From IMG/VR virus record IMGVR_UViG_3300044929_000080: a stretch of DNA of 64,000 bases. One strand, written 5' to 3'. Shown in pieces: positions 19,016-29,477 of the stretch. How positions within the stretch are numbered: the first letter of the stretch is position 1; each line of letters opens with the position of its first letter. The position numbers were made by a program, and so were the translations under genes. The stretch comes from a virus (Duplodnaviria; Heunggongvirae; Uroviricota; Caudoviricetes). The notes under the pieces were generated by a model. That model saw nothing but the letters and a program-made list of their open reading frames with translations, did no database searches and was not told where the DNA came from.

Positions 19016-20206
19016 TTACCAGCCCGTGATCATCTGATTTTTTTGCTGTGGAATTGACCACTTGAATTCCAGAGTTCCGGCAGGCTTCTCGCCGACTTCA
19101 AAATCATCGATGACACCATCAGATTGCTTGTCTTGACCAACTTTGTTGTAAGTCTTTTCAGGAACACGGATGCCCCAATGAGTCACGGTCTCGGTATTGC
19201 CTGTTTCAAAGCTCTTTATTGGAAAAGACACCGCAACGCCGTTTACGTCCAACGCCTCGACAATCAAATAATATACTTTGGTCCGATTATTATCCGGCGT
19301 GCGCCAGACACCTGAACGAACTCCTGCACGATCAACAATACGAAGCATCAAAGGTGTTTGGATGCGATTTACCTGTTCATCCAGGTTTCGTTTGGCTGCA
19401 GAAAATGCAACCTCGTCACCCTTCTTAGCGGCGATTTCAATCCGATAAAAATAGGGTTCCAACGAACGTTTAGCGCCATCATCCATAGGCTTTGCTGACA
19501 CTTCGTTTTTCAACGTTTCAAGTTCAGACTGCAAAATTGCAATTGCAGCTTTAGCCTTAAGTGAAGATGCCATTTCATTCAGAGTGACAATATTCTTGCG
19601 CGCATCATCGACACGTTTGGCATCAATAAACTGTTGAGTAGCATCACGAAGATTATCAGAATGGGCCTTGGCAACATCGTCATTATATTCTTCGGCAGCT
19701 GAAATGGCCGCCGTATGAGCGCTCTTCAATGCTTGGGGAAGACGAGTTTCGACATCAAGTTTCAATTCAGCTGCAATGCGATCTTGTTCTGCTTTCGCCG
19801 CGATTTCAGCCCGTTCACGAGGCTTTACCACGAACTCGCTATGAATAAATAAGGCCGATCCATAAATAAATGCTACCGATGCGACCGCAGCTGCAGATCG
19901 TGCTGCAATTTTCCCGCGATTAATCCACATCCGCGCAAGTAGACGAGAAAATCCAGGTGCAAGCGGCTCATGAACATAGCGATTTTTGTCCATATCTTCG
20001 ACAGCACGATTAATAATTTCGTCAGAAACAAGCATTCCTTGCGATTCATACCACTGTCGAAGTTTAGCCTTGAGTGCCGAACGACGATCATCGGAAAGAA
20101 TTTCCGTTTCCTGAATGGCCATTTCATGACGAATTGTATCGACAGTATCTGCCGCCATTAAAACGTCTTCCATCGAAGGCGTATTTTTCACTGCAATAGC
20201 TGACAT
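19016..20206 (-). CDS. hypothetical protein with single N-terminal TM helix, helical middle and beta-rich C-domain
   Basis: TM IAARSAAAVASVAFIYGSALFI; 15-nt spacing to downstream gene. Confidence 0.55.
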   Translation of the reverse strand: MSAIAVKNTPSMEDVLMAADTVDTIRHEMAIQETEILSDDRRSALKAKLRQWYESQGMLVSDEIINRAVEDMDKNRYVHEPLAPGFSRLLARMWINRGKIAARSAAAVASVAFIYGSALFIHSEFVVKPRERAEIAAKAEQDRIAAELKLDVETRLPQALKSAHTAAISAAEEYNDDVAKAHSDNLRDATQQFIDAKRVDDARKNIVTLNEMASSLKAKAAIAILQSELETLKNEVSAKPMDDGAKRSLEPYFYRIEIAAKKGDEVAFSAAKRNLDEQVNRIQTPLMLRIVDRAGVRSGVWRTPDNNRTKVYYLIVEALDVNGVAVSFPIKSFETGNTETVTHWGIRVPEKTYNKVGQDKQSDGVIDDFEVGEKPAGTLEFKWSIPQQKNQMITGW

Positions 20207-20272
20207 TAAGCTTTAATTCCTTATTAAAACAAATAGCATGAGGCCAGAACCATTCCAGCCTCATGCGGAGAA

Positions 20273-21457
20273 TTAAACGTTTACAGTCACGGTCTGAGCC
20301 TTGCCATTGGAGACAAGGTCAGCAATCCGGCGCTTGCCATCTTCGACGTAATCACGAATTTCCTTCGCGTTCTGTTCAGATTCCCTACGCATATCAGAAA
20401 TAATCTTGGTGCTGTTTTCTTGGAACTCGACAACAGAATCGACCAGCTTCTTTACCGACTGGGCGCGAATGCTCGGGCCATAGCCCTTACGGAGCGCATT
20501 TTCGGTAATCTTCGTGCCAACGTCAGCGATACTTTCAAGGCTTTTGGAAATTCCGTCATGCATCGCATCGAGCGCCTGCGTTGCTTCGTGAAGCCCCATA
20601 AGCCCCGTATAAGTCGCCTTGAGCGCCGTGAGAACTGAACTATTCGTACTCATAAATGCAACAGACTGCTTGAAAAGGCGATCTTTCGCCATATGCGATT
20701 CAGCAAGCTTCGCCATAGTCACTTCGGTTACAGAATAAGAAACCTGCAGATTATTGGCGAGGTCGGTCGCAATCTGCCAGCGATCTTCGACGGCCTTTGC
20801 GGCGCGCTGGGCTTCATCGCGCTCAAGTTCGAGACGGCTCTTTTCCTGCGGAGATGCGTCAGATGCCTGCTGCACCAGCACCATTGCATCCGCTACCTTC
20901 GTCTGTGCGGCCTTGAGGTCCTCATCGAGGATCGCCTTGACTTCGTATGCGATGATTTCAGCTTCCTTGATAGAACTGCGGAAATCAGCATAAGCTTCGA
21001 GAATAGCACTCTCTCGTTCAACCTGAACGCCAACGTCCTTGATCACTTCGTCAAAAGTCTTGCGGATAGCATCAAAACGATCAGAAATGTCGCCGCGAGT
21101 AAGCTTCATGACAACATTCGACACTCGGTCACCAACGGTTGGTGCAGAACGCTCAGCCTGCGATACAAGACGTTTGGAGTCATCACGAATACTGTCGAAA
21201 CGCTTGACGATATCATCGAAACGACCGCCAAAATTGATCTGTGAAATCTGGCTTGCTACCAAGCTGTCGAAATTTTGCTGGTGTGAAAGAGTACGGGCAA
21301 TAACGAGAACTCGATCTTCATCTACATCAGAAATGCGCTTTAATAGCGCAACAATTGGAGCTGTACCTGTGTCGGGCGTACCGACGCCGAGCACCTTCAA
21401 GCTATCAAGAGCTTTCTGAAGGTATTTTGGAGCCGCAGATTTAATCATATCGTTCAT
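20273..21457 (-). CDS. TelA-like (toxic anion resistance family) helical protein, tentative
   Basis: ~390-aa all-helical protein with N-terminal region and coiled-coil segments; the TelA assignment is from overall resemblance only. Confidence 0.4.
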   Translation of the reverse strand: MNDMIKSAAPKYLQKALDSLKVLGVGTPDTGTAPIVALLKRISDVDEDRVLVIARTLSHQQNFDSLVASQISQINFGGRFDDIVKRFDSIRDDSKRLVSQAERSAPTVGDRVSNVVMKLTRGDISDRFDAIRKTFDEVIKDVGVQVERESAILEAYADFRSSIKEAEIIAYEVKAILDEDLKAAQTKVADAMVLVQQASDASPQEKSRLELERDEAQRAAKAVEDRWQIATDLANNLQVSYSVTEVTMAKLAESHMAKDRLFKQSVAFMSTNSSVLTALKATYTGLMGLHEATQALDAMHDGISKSLESIADVGTKITENALRKGYGPSIRAQSVKKLVDSVVEFQENSTKIISDMRRESEQNAKEIRDYVEDGKRRIADLVSNGKAQTVTVNV

Positions 21458-21777
21458 TATTTCTATTTCCTTTCAAAATTCAATAGACCGCGATTCTTCA
21501 ATAATATTTAAACGATTGTCGCAATCAGTAGATGCATTTATTTTCTAATGTCAGGTAATTCGTCTGCTTATTAATGTCAATATATTTTCGGTTATTTACG
21601 AATTTTTATCCGGGAATAATGCGGCTTTTTATTTAAGACGCCTCCACTGATATTAGAGGCTATATTTTTGAGGTGCCAACTTCAATATATATGCGATTCC
21701 ATTCGCCGAATAGGTATTTAAGTCCATTATAGTTAAATAAAAACGTTTACCCGTCCACAAAATTAATTGAAAATGAA

Positions 21778-24489
21778 TTGCAGATCATATATTGCAACAT
21801 TATTGAACAGGCGGTTTCAGGCATGGCGAAAAATAACATGACACTCGGTTTCCGTAAAACCATTTTGGTGCATGGCAGAATGGCATTACGAACTGAACGA
21901 CTACGGTTGGCTAGAGAGGGAGCCAGCGGTATCCAAGTCATGGCAATCGAACATTTTGCAGAGCGGCTTGCGGGCGGTTTTCTCAAAATGGTTGATAATC
22001 GTACGCTCAAACAGGTCATAGGGAAAATTCTGCCTGAAACAGATATTGGAGAACTGGAGCCAATTAAAGATTTGCCTGGGATGACAGCCGCAGCTGCCGA
22101 CACCCTCATGAAACTATGGCTTTCTCAGCCTGATTTTGAAAACAATTCTGACCACAAGCGCATTCAGTCTATCATCGCACTTGAAACCGCAGTGGTTAAT
22201 GCCCTTCCCGCTCATCTGCGGCGACCCAATGACATTATTGAGATCGCCATTACACGCGCCAAACACTCTCCATCCATCTTTGGCAACGTCTCCATAAGCG
22301 GAATGACTGAACTACATCCGGTATGGCGTCCTCTCATTGATGAGGTTTCCAAGTATATCTCTATCGAATGGAATGCTGGACCACGAGAAGTGTCTTCTTG
22401 GATTGAAAATGCAATGCGAGTCAATCGTTGCGAACCAACTAATCCGGAAATTCAGTCATACATTTGCGGCACTGCACTTCATGAAGTTATCGAAGCCGTT
22501 CGTTGGTCCCGCAAATTGATGTCAGAAGGTGTATTGCCACGAGATATTGCCATCGCAAGTGTCTCAACGACGGCTTATGATGAACATATGCTAGCAGTTT
22601 GCTCCGACAGCAAGTTAGGTATTCATTTCGCTCACGGCATTTCCTGTGTGCATAGGATTGAAGGACAGGCGGCCAGCGCGCTCGCAGATGTGTTATTGCG
22701 TGGATTATCTCAAAAGCGAGTTCAACGCCTATTTGACCTTCTGCAAGGTATTGGTTCAGAGGTTGTCAAAGGTCTGTCTGGTGATTGGAGCCGCAATTTC
22801 CGGCCGGATGCAGCCCTCACTGAACTATCGCGTTGGGAGAAAACGCTAAACAGCAAACCACAGCTCGCAGAACTTAAAAACATTATGCTCCCGATCCTTT
22901 CTCTTATTTCCAAGGGGATCGATGTTGCTCCAGAAGCTGGCGAGAAGCTATTTCACGGCCAAACCAAGAAAATTTGGGAAGCGGCTCTCCTGGAAGGGCC
23001 TGCAGCCGCCTTAGACCGTACAATCCCCGTACAAAGAATTGATGACGGTGAAGATCCTCATTCCTCTGCATGTTTTATGTCGGCAGAGAAATTGGCGGCC
23101 TCTCCAAGGCCTTACGTTCGCCTCATTGGACTGACTTCAAGAGATTGGCCTCGGCAATCTGTAGAAGATGCTCTCATTCCAGACTACATCATTCCTTCGG
23201 CCGCACTTGATCCGCTGCCTCGTTCCAATATTGACAGACGTGATTACAATACGATTAAGGCCACGACTGAGAAACTCCTTATTCTTTCATGGCCTCGGCG
23301 TGATGCTGAAAGCCGTCAATTAGGCGTCAGCCGTCTGGTTACACAGGCAGAACGTGATCGCGCAATATCCATACAACTCACGGACCGCCCTGAACATGCG
23401 TTCTCTGAGGCAGATCGCATGTTTGCGCGCGACAAGGAATACGCAACAACCACACAAGCATTGTCGGCGGCACAATGTTGGTCAAATTGGCGATCCAAGG
23501 ATTTGACCGCTCATGATGGCGTCATTTCGCCTAATCACCCGCGTGTCCTGGAAGTGTTCAATCAATACCATTCGGCAACATCCATTCGCTTACTACTGCG
23601 CGATCCAATTGGCTTTGTCTGGCGTTATGCACTTGGTTTCAGTGCACCAGAATACGAGGATGCTCCACTTTTTGCCGATCCTCGCGAATTCGGAAATATC
23701 GTCCATGACATTTTGAAGCAAACCGTTGATCAGTTAATCCGTAAGGGCGGTTTCGTAAACGCATCAGCAGACGACATTTCTCGCACGATTGATGAGCAGT
23801 CAATTAATGTTGGTATGCGGGTCGAAATGTCTAAACCGATCCCACCAAAACTGATCTGGTTTGGAATGATGGAAAGAGCCACTCAGTTCGCTAAGAAAGC
23901 ACTGCTTAGTGAAATTGAACCCTATGCTAATCAGGTTACATATGCAGAGGTTCCATTCGGCGGAAAAATAGAGCTTCAGGATGTTGAGTTCCCTTGGGAT
24001 ACTGAACAAGAAGTAACCGTCCCAGGAACTGGCATCAAATTGCAAGGCATTATTGACCGTCTGGATTACTCAACGTCTTCGCCAAGAGCCCGCGTAATCG
24101 ATTACAAGACTGGAAAGACGCCGAAAAACATTGACGACCTCATTATTGGTGGTGGCAACGAAATCCAACGCGCGATCTATGGCTTCGTTGTTAAGTCACT
24201 GATGGGCGGCAATGCTCAAGTTGAAACGGGACTTCTTTATCCTGAAACTGGTGTCTTTGCCATTCTGGAAGAGCCTGAAGAGGTTTTGACACAGGTTGCA
24301 AACGGTATCTTGATTGCCAAGGAATCTCTCAAACGAGGAAATGCGATTCCAGGAATTGGAACCAGAGAAACATTTAACGACATGCGTTTTGCACTGCCAG
24401 CAAACGCCGCAGCCACATATTTGCTGCGAAAAAACCAGACGTTTCTTGATCAGATCGGGGAAGCGGCAGATATTTGGGAGTACAAATAA
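21778..24489 (+). CDS. addB: AddB-type nuclease subunit of AddAB helicase-nuclease (alphaproteobacterial type, no Fe-S cluster)
   Basis: RecB-family nuclease motif RVIDYKTGKTPK near C-terminus; no Walker A; immediately upstream of addA. Confidence 0.7.
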   Translation: MQIIYCNIIEQAVSGMAKNNMTLGFRKTILVHGRMALRTERLRLAREGASGIQVMAIEHFAERLAGGFLKMVDNRTLKQVIGKILPETDIGELEPIKDLPGMTAAAADTLMKLWLSQPDFENNSDHKRIQSIIALETAVVNALPAHLRRPNDIIEIAITRAKHSPSIFGNVSISGMTELHPVWRPLIDEVSKYISIEWNAGPREVSSWIENAMRVNRCEPTNPEIQSYICGTALHEVIEAVRWSRKLMSEGVLPRDIAIASVSTTAYDEHMLAVCSDSKLGIHFAHGISCVHRIEGQAASALADVLLRGLSQKRVQRLFDLLQGIGSEVVKGLSGDWSRNFRPDAALTELSRWEKTLNSKPQLAELKNIMLPILSLISKGIDVAPEAGEKLFHGQTKKIWEAALLEGPAAALDRTIPVQRIDDGEDPHSSACFMSAEKLAASPRPYVRLIGLTSRDWPRQSVEDALIPDYIIPSAALDPLPRSNIDRRDYNTIKATTEKLLILSWPRRDAESRQLGVSRLVTQAERDRAISIQLTDRPEHAFSEADRMFARDKEYATTTQALSAAQCWSNWRSKDLTAHDGVISPNHPRVLEVFNQYHSATSIRLLLRDPIGFVWRYALGFSAPEYEDAPLFADPREFGNIVHDILKQTVDQLIRKGGFVNASADDISRTIDEQSINVGMRVEMSKPIPPKLIWFGMMERATQFAKKALLSEIEPYANQVTYAEVPFGGKIELQDVEFPWDTEQEVTVPGTGIKLQGIIDRLDYSTSSPRARVIDYKTGKTPKNIDDLIIGGGNEIQRAIYGFVVKSLMGGNAQVETGLLYPETGVFAILEEPEEVLTQVANGILIAKESLKRGNAIPGIGTRETFNDMRFALPANAAATYLLRKNQTFLDQIGEAADIWEYK

Positions 24490-24490
24490 T

Positions 24491-27400
24491 ATGCTAAATG
24501 ACTCAACAGCTCGTCGTGTTGCCCTTCTCGAAATCAACCGCACTCTTATGGTTGAAGCTGGTGCTGGTTCGGGAAAAACATCACTCATGGCAGGGCGCAT
24601 TATTTCAATGCTCGCCAATGGAATTCATCCTCGCGATATTGCAGCCGTATCATTTACGGAAATGGCGGCAGCTGAACTCATGGCCCGCGTCAGTGATACA
24701 ATAGACGATGTATTAAAAGGAACGCCACCAGCCGACCTCCGTGCCTCTTACGAAGGCGGCAACGTCTCATCAGAAGGGCAAGCGAAGCTTCAGGAGGCCC
24801 AACATCACCTTGGTGAAATGACCTGCACCACTATTCACGGTTTCTGTAAGCGTCTCCTGAAGCCCTATCCGGTCGAGGCCGATATTGATCCTGGTGCCGC
24901 AATCCTAGATGCGACGCAGGCATCTCTCCTTTTTGAGGACGTATTCAACGAATGGATTCGTGAGCGACTGAACAGCGAAGATTATCATAAAGATATCATT
25001 ACCGAGATGGTCGCCGCCCATTCAGATACAAAGGAAGCTATCGAAACCATCCGTCGTCTCGCTGAACAGTTACGTGGTTCACCAGACCTATTCCTACATA
25101 AACAGGAATTCGATATTTCTCCTGTGACTAAATTAATTAGCCAAATCGAAAGCTACGAAAAATGGATCGCGGGTCTTGGTTTTGAAGCCGAGGGCAATGA
25201 AGATATCCGCGCCGATTTTGCTAAATTGCTAAATGATTTGAAGGCAACAAAAACCGTGAAAACGCATCAAGCGGTCATGGACATCATTCGTATGAAGCTT
25301 TCCAGTTCGGTTCTCAAAGCCGATGGCGGATTTCGCGTCTACAAGATGAAGGGAAAATGGCAGGTTGCTGCTCCTTCAAAAAAGGTCGGTGAAGATTGCA
25401 ATACAGAGGCGACTGAACGCTATAATGAAATAGCAGAAGGTTACACCGCCATTAAAACAATGGCCGCGTCGGCAGCGCTTACGATCCTTGAAAGAGAAAT
25501 TCGCCCAATGCTTAATCGCTATCGCGAAAGAAAGCGGCAGGGCGCTGCTCTTGATTTTGAAGATTTGCTCGTCGCAACCCGCAAGCTTCTGCAAAATTAT
25601 CCTGAGATCGCAAGTGCTCTCGGACAGCGGTATAAACATGTCCTCGTTGACGAATTCCAGGACACTGACCCTGTCCAGACAGAGATTTTCAAGCATCTTT
25701 GTTTCGACCGTGACAGCGACGGCGACTGGCTTCCACGTGATGGCGCGATCTTCCTTGTCGGTGATCCAAAACAGGGGATTTATCGTTTCCGTGGCGCTGA
25801 CGTGAAGACATATCTGGATATGCGTAATCTTCTCGAAAAACATGACCCGACATCTATCTTGAAAATCTCTACAAATTTTCGGTCGAGCAAAGGCATTCTG
25901 GATTATGTCAATAACGTATTCGATGTTCCTTTAAGCACACCTACACAGCCAGGATTTACCGCACTCGACCCTTTCCGTCAGGACACGACAAAACATCCTT
26001 CGGTTTCGACAATAAAGATTGGTGAATGGCCTAACATTGCCGAGACACGTGATGAGGAAGCGCGTCAAATTGCAGAAATGGCGCGTAAATTAATTAACAC
26101 ATTCCCTGTTTTTGATAAGAGAATTGGGGCCACACGTCCGTGCAAACCATCCGACATTGCATTGCTCGCTCCAACAGGTTCTGATCTGTGGCGCTATGAG
26201 CACGCACTGGAAGAAGAAGGAATTTCAGTTGCTACTCAGGCGGGCAAGGGAATGTTTCAGCGGCAGGAAGTTCAAGACATGATCGCGATCACCCGCGTTC
26301 TTGCTGATCCTCGCGACCATCTCGCTTTAGGTGCACTATTGCGTGGCCCTCTAGTCGGCATGTCGGAAAACGATCTTCTTGATGCTGCCTACAATCTTCC
26401 GAAACGCGAAGATGAAAGTCTTGCTCATTTACACATTGGTGTCGACACGGACCATATCAAAAATCCCGTTCTGAAGTCTGTTTTGAAACAACTCAACACG
26501 TTGCGTAACAACGGCAAATACACGACGCCTTATGACGTTCTTTCGAGCGCTGTAGACATGTTGAACATCAGAGCGACCGTTAAAGCTCGCCATGTGAAGT
26601 CACCTCATCGTGCGTTGGCCAATATAGACAGATACCTTGAAATGAGCCGTCCTTACACAACACGAGGATTAAGAGCCTTCTCTGATGAGGTCCGTTCCCT
26701 ATGGGAAGAAGCTGAGCGTATTGCGGAAGCACATCCTGACGGAGAAGATCAGTCGGTCTCCATCATTACGATGCACTCATCTAAGGGGCTGGAATGGCCT
26801 GTGGTTTTCGTTATTAACACAATGACAGAAATTATGCGTTCGAGACCGCTGGTTGTTGATGTTAGTTCACGTCAAATATCGATGCCTTTCTTCGGAAGTC
26901 AGCCAACAGGATATAGCGAATTAAAACAGATTTCGGATGACGAATCTCACAATGAACGCGTGCGCTTACTTTACGTAGCAACGACGCGTGCCCGCGATCT
27001 TCTCGTTGTTCCTGTTCATGAAAAAGTAACGGAAAGGCAGTGGGCAACTGTAACTGACTTGAAGTTACAGGATATCCAGACAATGGATCTGGAAACTTTT
27101 TCCAGCAAGATGCGCATACAGCGCGATGTCACCCTCAATAATCAGGATGAGAAGACTTTTTCTGAACAAACTAACTCAATTCTGTCTGCCAAGAAGCTCG
27201 TCGTAAATAAAACCCCTTCTCGCCACGAAAGCCACGCATCGAGCCTTCGGATTACTATCGATGATCTCATCGAAGCTGAACCAGTCAGCGACCCATCCGA
27301 ATTCGTTCAAGGCAGCGCAGAACGCGGTATTGTGATGCATAAGCTGATGGAAGAAATCCTGACAGGAGAGTTGTCCGAGAACGAGGAAGATATTGAAAAG

Positions 27401-27793
27401 CGTGCGCGCGAGTTAATCCAACAGATGATTGCTTCAAAAGAAGATGAGATCAAAGACATGGATGAACACATCATGACAAAGGAGATCATACAAACCCTCT
27501 CCTTGCCCCAAATCGTCATGATGCGTGATCGGCTTGTGCCAGAAGTTGCAACCTATTCCTCATTCGAAAACGACAAGTTTGAAGGCGTTACATTCGGCAT
27601 TATGGATGCGGCCGAAATATCGGATAATGGAACCGTTGAAACCGTTATTGATTGGAAATCGGACAGAAGTCCCGCAGACGCAACAATTGAATTGTACCGC
27701 AAGCAAATTTCGGACTATATGGCCATGAACGGGGTCAACCGGGGATTGATCGTTTTTATGGCAAGCGGAAAAGTTATAGAAGTAGCCGCATGA
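24491..27793 (+). CDS. addA: AddA-type UvrD-family helicase with C-terminal RecB-like nuclease domain
   Basis: Walker A AGAGSGKTS, VDEFQDTDPVQ, TNFRSS, TMHSSKGLEWPVVFV, LLYVATTRARDLLVV; nuclease motif VIDWKSD. True ATG 1 nt after addB stop (track ORF starts upstream in the same frame). Confidence 0.85.
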   Translation: MLNDSTARRVALLEINRTLMVEAGAGSGKTSLMAGRIISMLANGIHPRDIAAVSFTEMAAAELMARVSDTIDDVLKGTPPADLRASYEGGNVSSEGQAKLQEAQHHLGEMTCTTIHGFCKRLLKPYPVEADIDPGAAILDATQASLLFEDVFNEWIRERLNSEDYHKDIITEMVAAHSDTKEAIETIRRLAEQLRGSPDLFLHKQEFDISPVTKLISQIESYEKWIAGLGFEAEGNEDIRADFAKLLNDLKATKTVKTHQAVMDIIRMKLSSSVLKADGGFRVYKMKGKWQVAAPSKKVGEDCNTEATERYNEIAEGYTAIKTMAASAALTILEREIRPMLNRYRERKRQGAALDFEDLLVATRKLLQNYPEIASALGQRYKHVLVDEFQDTDPVQTEIFKHLCFDRDSDGDWLPRDGAIFLVGDPKQGIYRFRGADVKTYLDMRNLLEKHDPTSILKISTNFRSSKGILDYVNNVFDVPLSTPTQPGFTALDPFRQDTTKHPSVSTIKIGEWPNIAETRDEEARQIAEMARKLINTFPVFDKRIGATRPCKPSDIALLAPTGSDLWRYEHALEEEGISVATQAGKGMFQRQEVQDMIAITRVLADPRDHLALGALLRGPLVGMSENDLLDAAYNLPKREDESLAHLHIGVDTDHIKNPVLKSVLKQLNTLRNNGKYTTPYDVLSSAVDMLNIRATVKARHVKSPHRALANIDRYLEMSRPYTTRGLRAFSDEVRSLWEEAERIAEAHPDGEDQSVSIITMHSSKGLEWPVVFVINTMTEIMRSRPLVVDVSSRQISMPFFGSQPTGYSELKQISDDESHNERVRLLYVATTRARDLLVVPVHEKVTERQWATVTDLKLQDIQTMDLETFSSKMRIQRDVTLNNQDEKTFSEQTNSILSAKKLVVNKTPSRHESHASSLRITIDDLIEAEPVSDPSEFVQGSAERGIVMHKLMEEILTGELSENEEDIEKRARELIQQMIASKEDEIKDMDEHIMTKEIIQTLSLPQIVMMRDRLVPEVATYSSFENDKFEGVTFGIMDAAEISDNGTVETVIDWKSDRSPADATIELYRKQISDYMAMNGVNRGLIVFMASGKVIEVAA

Positions 27794-27833
27794 TCGCGGC
27801 TACCGTCACTTTTGTGAGTTGGGGTCGTTGCGA

Positions 27834-29423
27834 ATGAATACGAGAACACAGCAGATTTCTGATGAAGAAATAGATTCAATAGGCCAGATATTCGAAGACA
27901 GAATGAACGAGAACGTACGTTTTGTCGACAACATCAAGGTCGCTGAAGATGATTTTTCTGAACTTGATTACAAGACATCACGGCCGTCTGCATCATTCAT
28001 TACTAGCATTGACTACGATACCAAATTCTACATCGAAACTCACCCAGGTGCCTATAACGGCGTTAATTTTCCACTTCTTACTGCAAACGCTGCACAAGAC
28101 TTACAACATATCAAGGCTGCCAATCTTCGGAACAGGTACGAAACGACAGCCGCAATCATAGAATTTGTAAAATCAGGATCGTCTAAACGTCAGATTGCCG
28201 ACATGCATGTCGCACGAAACCAGTACTCTTGCACGTCCTGCAATGGAATTGGAAATCACACATGCTCTAATTGTAGCGGATATGGGAGCAATACTTGCTA
28301 CAAGTGCAGTTTCGGTACGGTTTCTTGTTTCCATTGCGGCGGGACAGGCCGTAGCAATCCATCACAAAGTCGCCATGTATCGCCGTGCGCATTATGTGTT
28401 GGGACAGGGCGCAGAACCTGCTCCGATTGTAACGGTACCACAAAAATAAGATGCGGGAATTGCAAAGGTTCTGGAGATATTGGCTGTGGCACCTGCAAAA
28501 GCAGCGGTGTCTTAACGGACTTCTATGGTCTCAGATACTCTTCTGAGTTCAAACACAATTTGGCGAATTCATCGTTTGAAGAGGATGAGCTTTACCCTCT
28601 TTATGATTGGATGCACAGTGGATTTTCAAATCCCAATACAAGCAGCGCCACTGCTCCTTCATTAAATATGCAACGAATAATTACTGACGCGAAACCAGCG
28701 GTTGAACGTTCAAGACACTTGCTGTCAATAAAAATTGACGCCATGAAAATGATCATTGAAGGCAGCTACAAACAAAAGAATATCCAAGCACGATATGTCA
28801 TGTTTGATAAACCGTGGGTCTGGTACAATCCATACCTCGATGAGGACGTCGCTAGAATAGCCGAAAGAGCATCCAAATTTTCAACATCTTTGCCATCAGA
28901 TTTTCTTCTCGAAATGGCCAAACACCCTGCACTCAATGAAGCCTTGAGAAATGGATGGTCTCGTGAGGATGTTGATGGTGAAGAATGGGCGGAGAAAGTA
29001 CATCAGAACAGCCTTGGCTCAATAAGCAAGGAAGTTGCAAGGCCAATATTCATTGCGTTTCGGCAGTGTATGGAAAACTATGAGAAAACGGTCATCAAGA
29101 AGACATTCAAACTGCCACTTCTTGCAACCTTACTGCTCTGGTTAGGGACGCAGTACATGAACCTTCCGTGGAGTATCTCTTATGGTGGCTTAGGAAACAT
29201 ACTTATCGTACTCTATGTACTCGCCCCCTATTTCATCACCAACAAGATGATCCAATCGAGCGTTAAAAGGCGCGTGCGCAAAGAAACAGGCGCTGATCAG
29301 CAACCGAAGCTGGGTATTGCCGGACGCATAGTGCCCATCATCAGCTCTGCGCTTTTCGCAGCCACTTGGTATTTCGGATTTCAGCTGTCGAATATCGTGA
29401 TCGCTGGACGTCCATTATTCTGA
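27834..29423 (+). CDS. membrane protein with two DnaJ-type CxxCxGxG zinc-finger clusters
   Basis: CTSCNGIGNHTCSNCSGYGSNTCYKCSFGTVSCFHCGGTG and CALCVGTGRRTCSDCNGTTKIRCGNCKGSGDIGCGTCKSSG; C-terminal TM segments; ATG at 27834 preferred over TTG at 27819. Confidence 0.6.
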   Translation: MNTRTQQISDEEIDSIGQIFEDRMNENVRFVDNIKVAEDDFSELDYKTSRPSASFITSIDYDTKFYIETHPGAYNGVNFPLLTANAAQDLQHIKAANLRNRYETTAAIIEFVKSGSSKRQIADMHVARNQYSCTSCNGIGNHTCSNCSGYGSNTCYKCSFGTVSCFHCGGTGRSNPSQSRHVSPCALCVGTGRRTCSDCNGTTKIRCGNCKGSGDIGCGTCKSSGVLTDFYGLRYSSEFKHNLANSSFEEDELYPLYDWMHSGFSNPNTSSATAPSLNMQRIITDAKPAVERSRHLLSIKIDAMKMIIEGSYKQKNIQARYVMFDKPWVWYNPYLDEDVARIAERASKFSTSLPSDFLLEMAKHPALNEALRNGWSREDVDGEEWAEKVHQNSLGSISKEVARPIFIAFRQCMENYEKTVIKKTFKLPLLATLLLWLGTQYMNLPWSISYGGLGNILIVLYVLAPYFITNKMIQSSVKRRVRKETGADQQPKLGIAGRIVPIISSALFAATWYFGFQLSNIVIAGRPLF

Positions 29424-29442
29424 AAACTCGCTTGGGCCTAAG

Positions 29443-29477
29443 ACGCCGTCTACTTCTGTCAGGCGGCGTCCTTTTGT
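29443..29477 (+). terminator. rho-independent terminator after zinc-finger membrane protein gene
   Basis: GACGCCG-loop-CGGCGTC hairpin followed by CTTTTGT; overlaps the 3' end of the convergent gene. Confidence 0.45.

Noticed and set aside
21778-24489. Absence of Walker A / Fe-S cysteines in AddB read as gene decay
   Set aside because: Alphaproteobacterial-type AddB proteins characteristically lack a functional helicase P-loop and the 4-Cys cluster while retaining the DYKTG nuclease motif, which is intact here.
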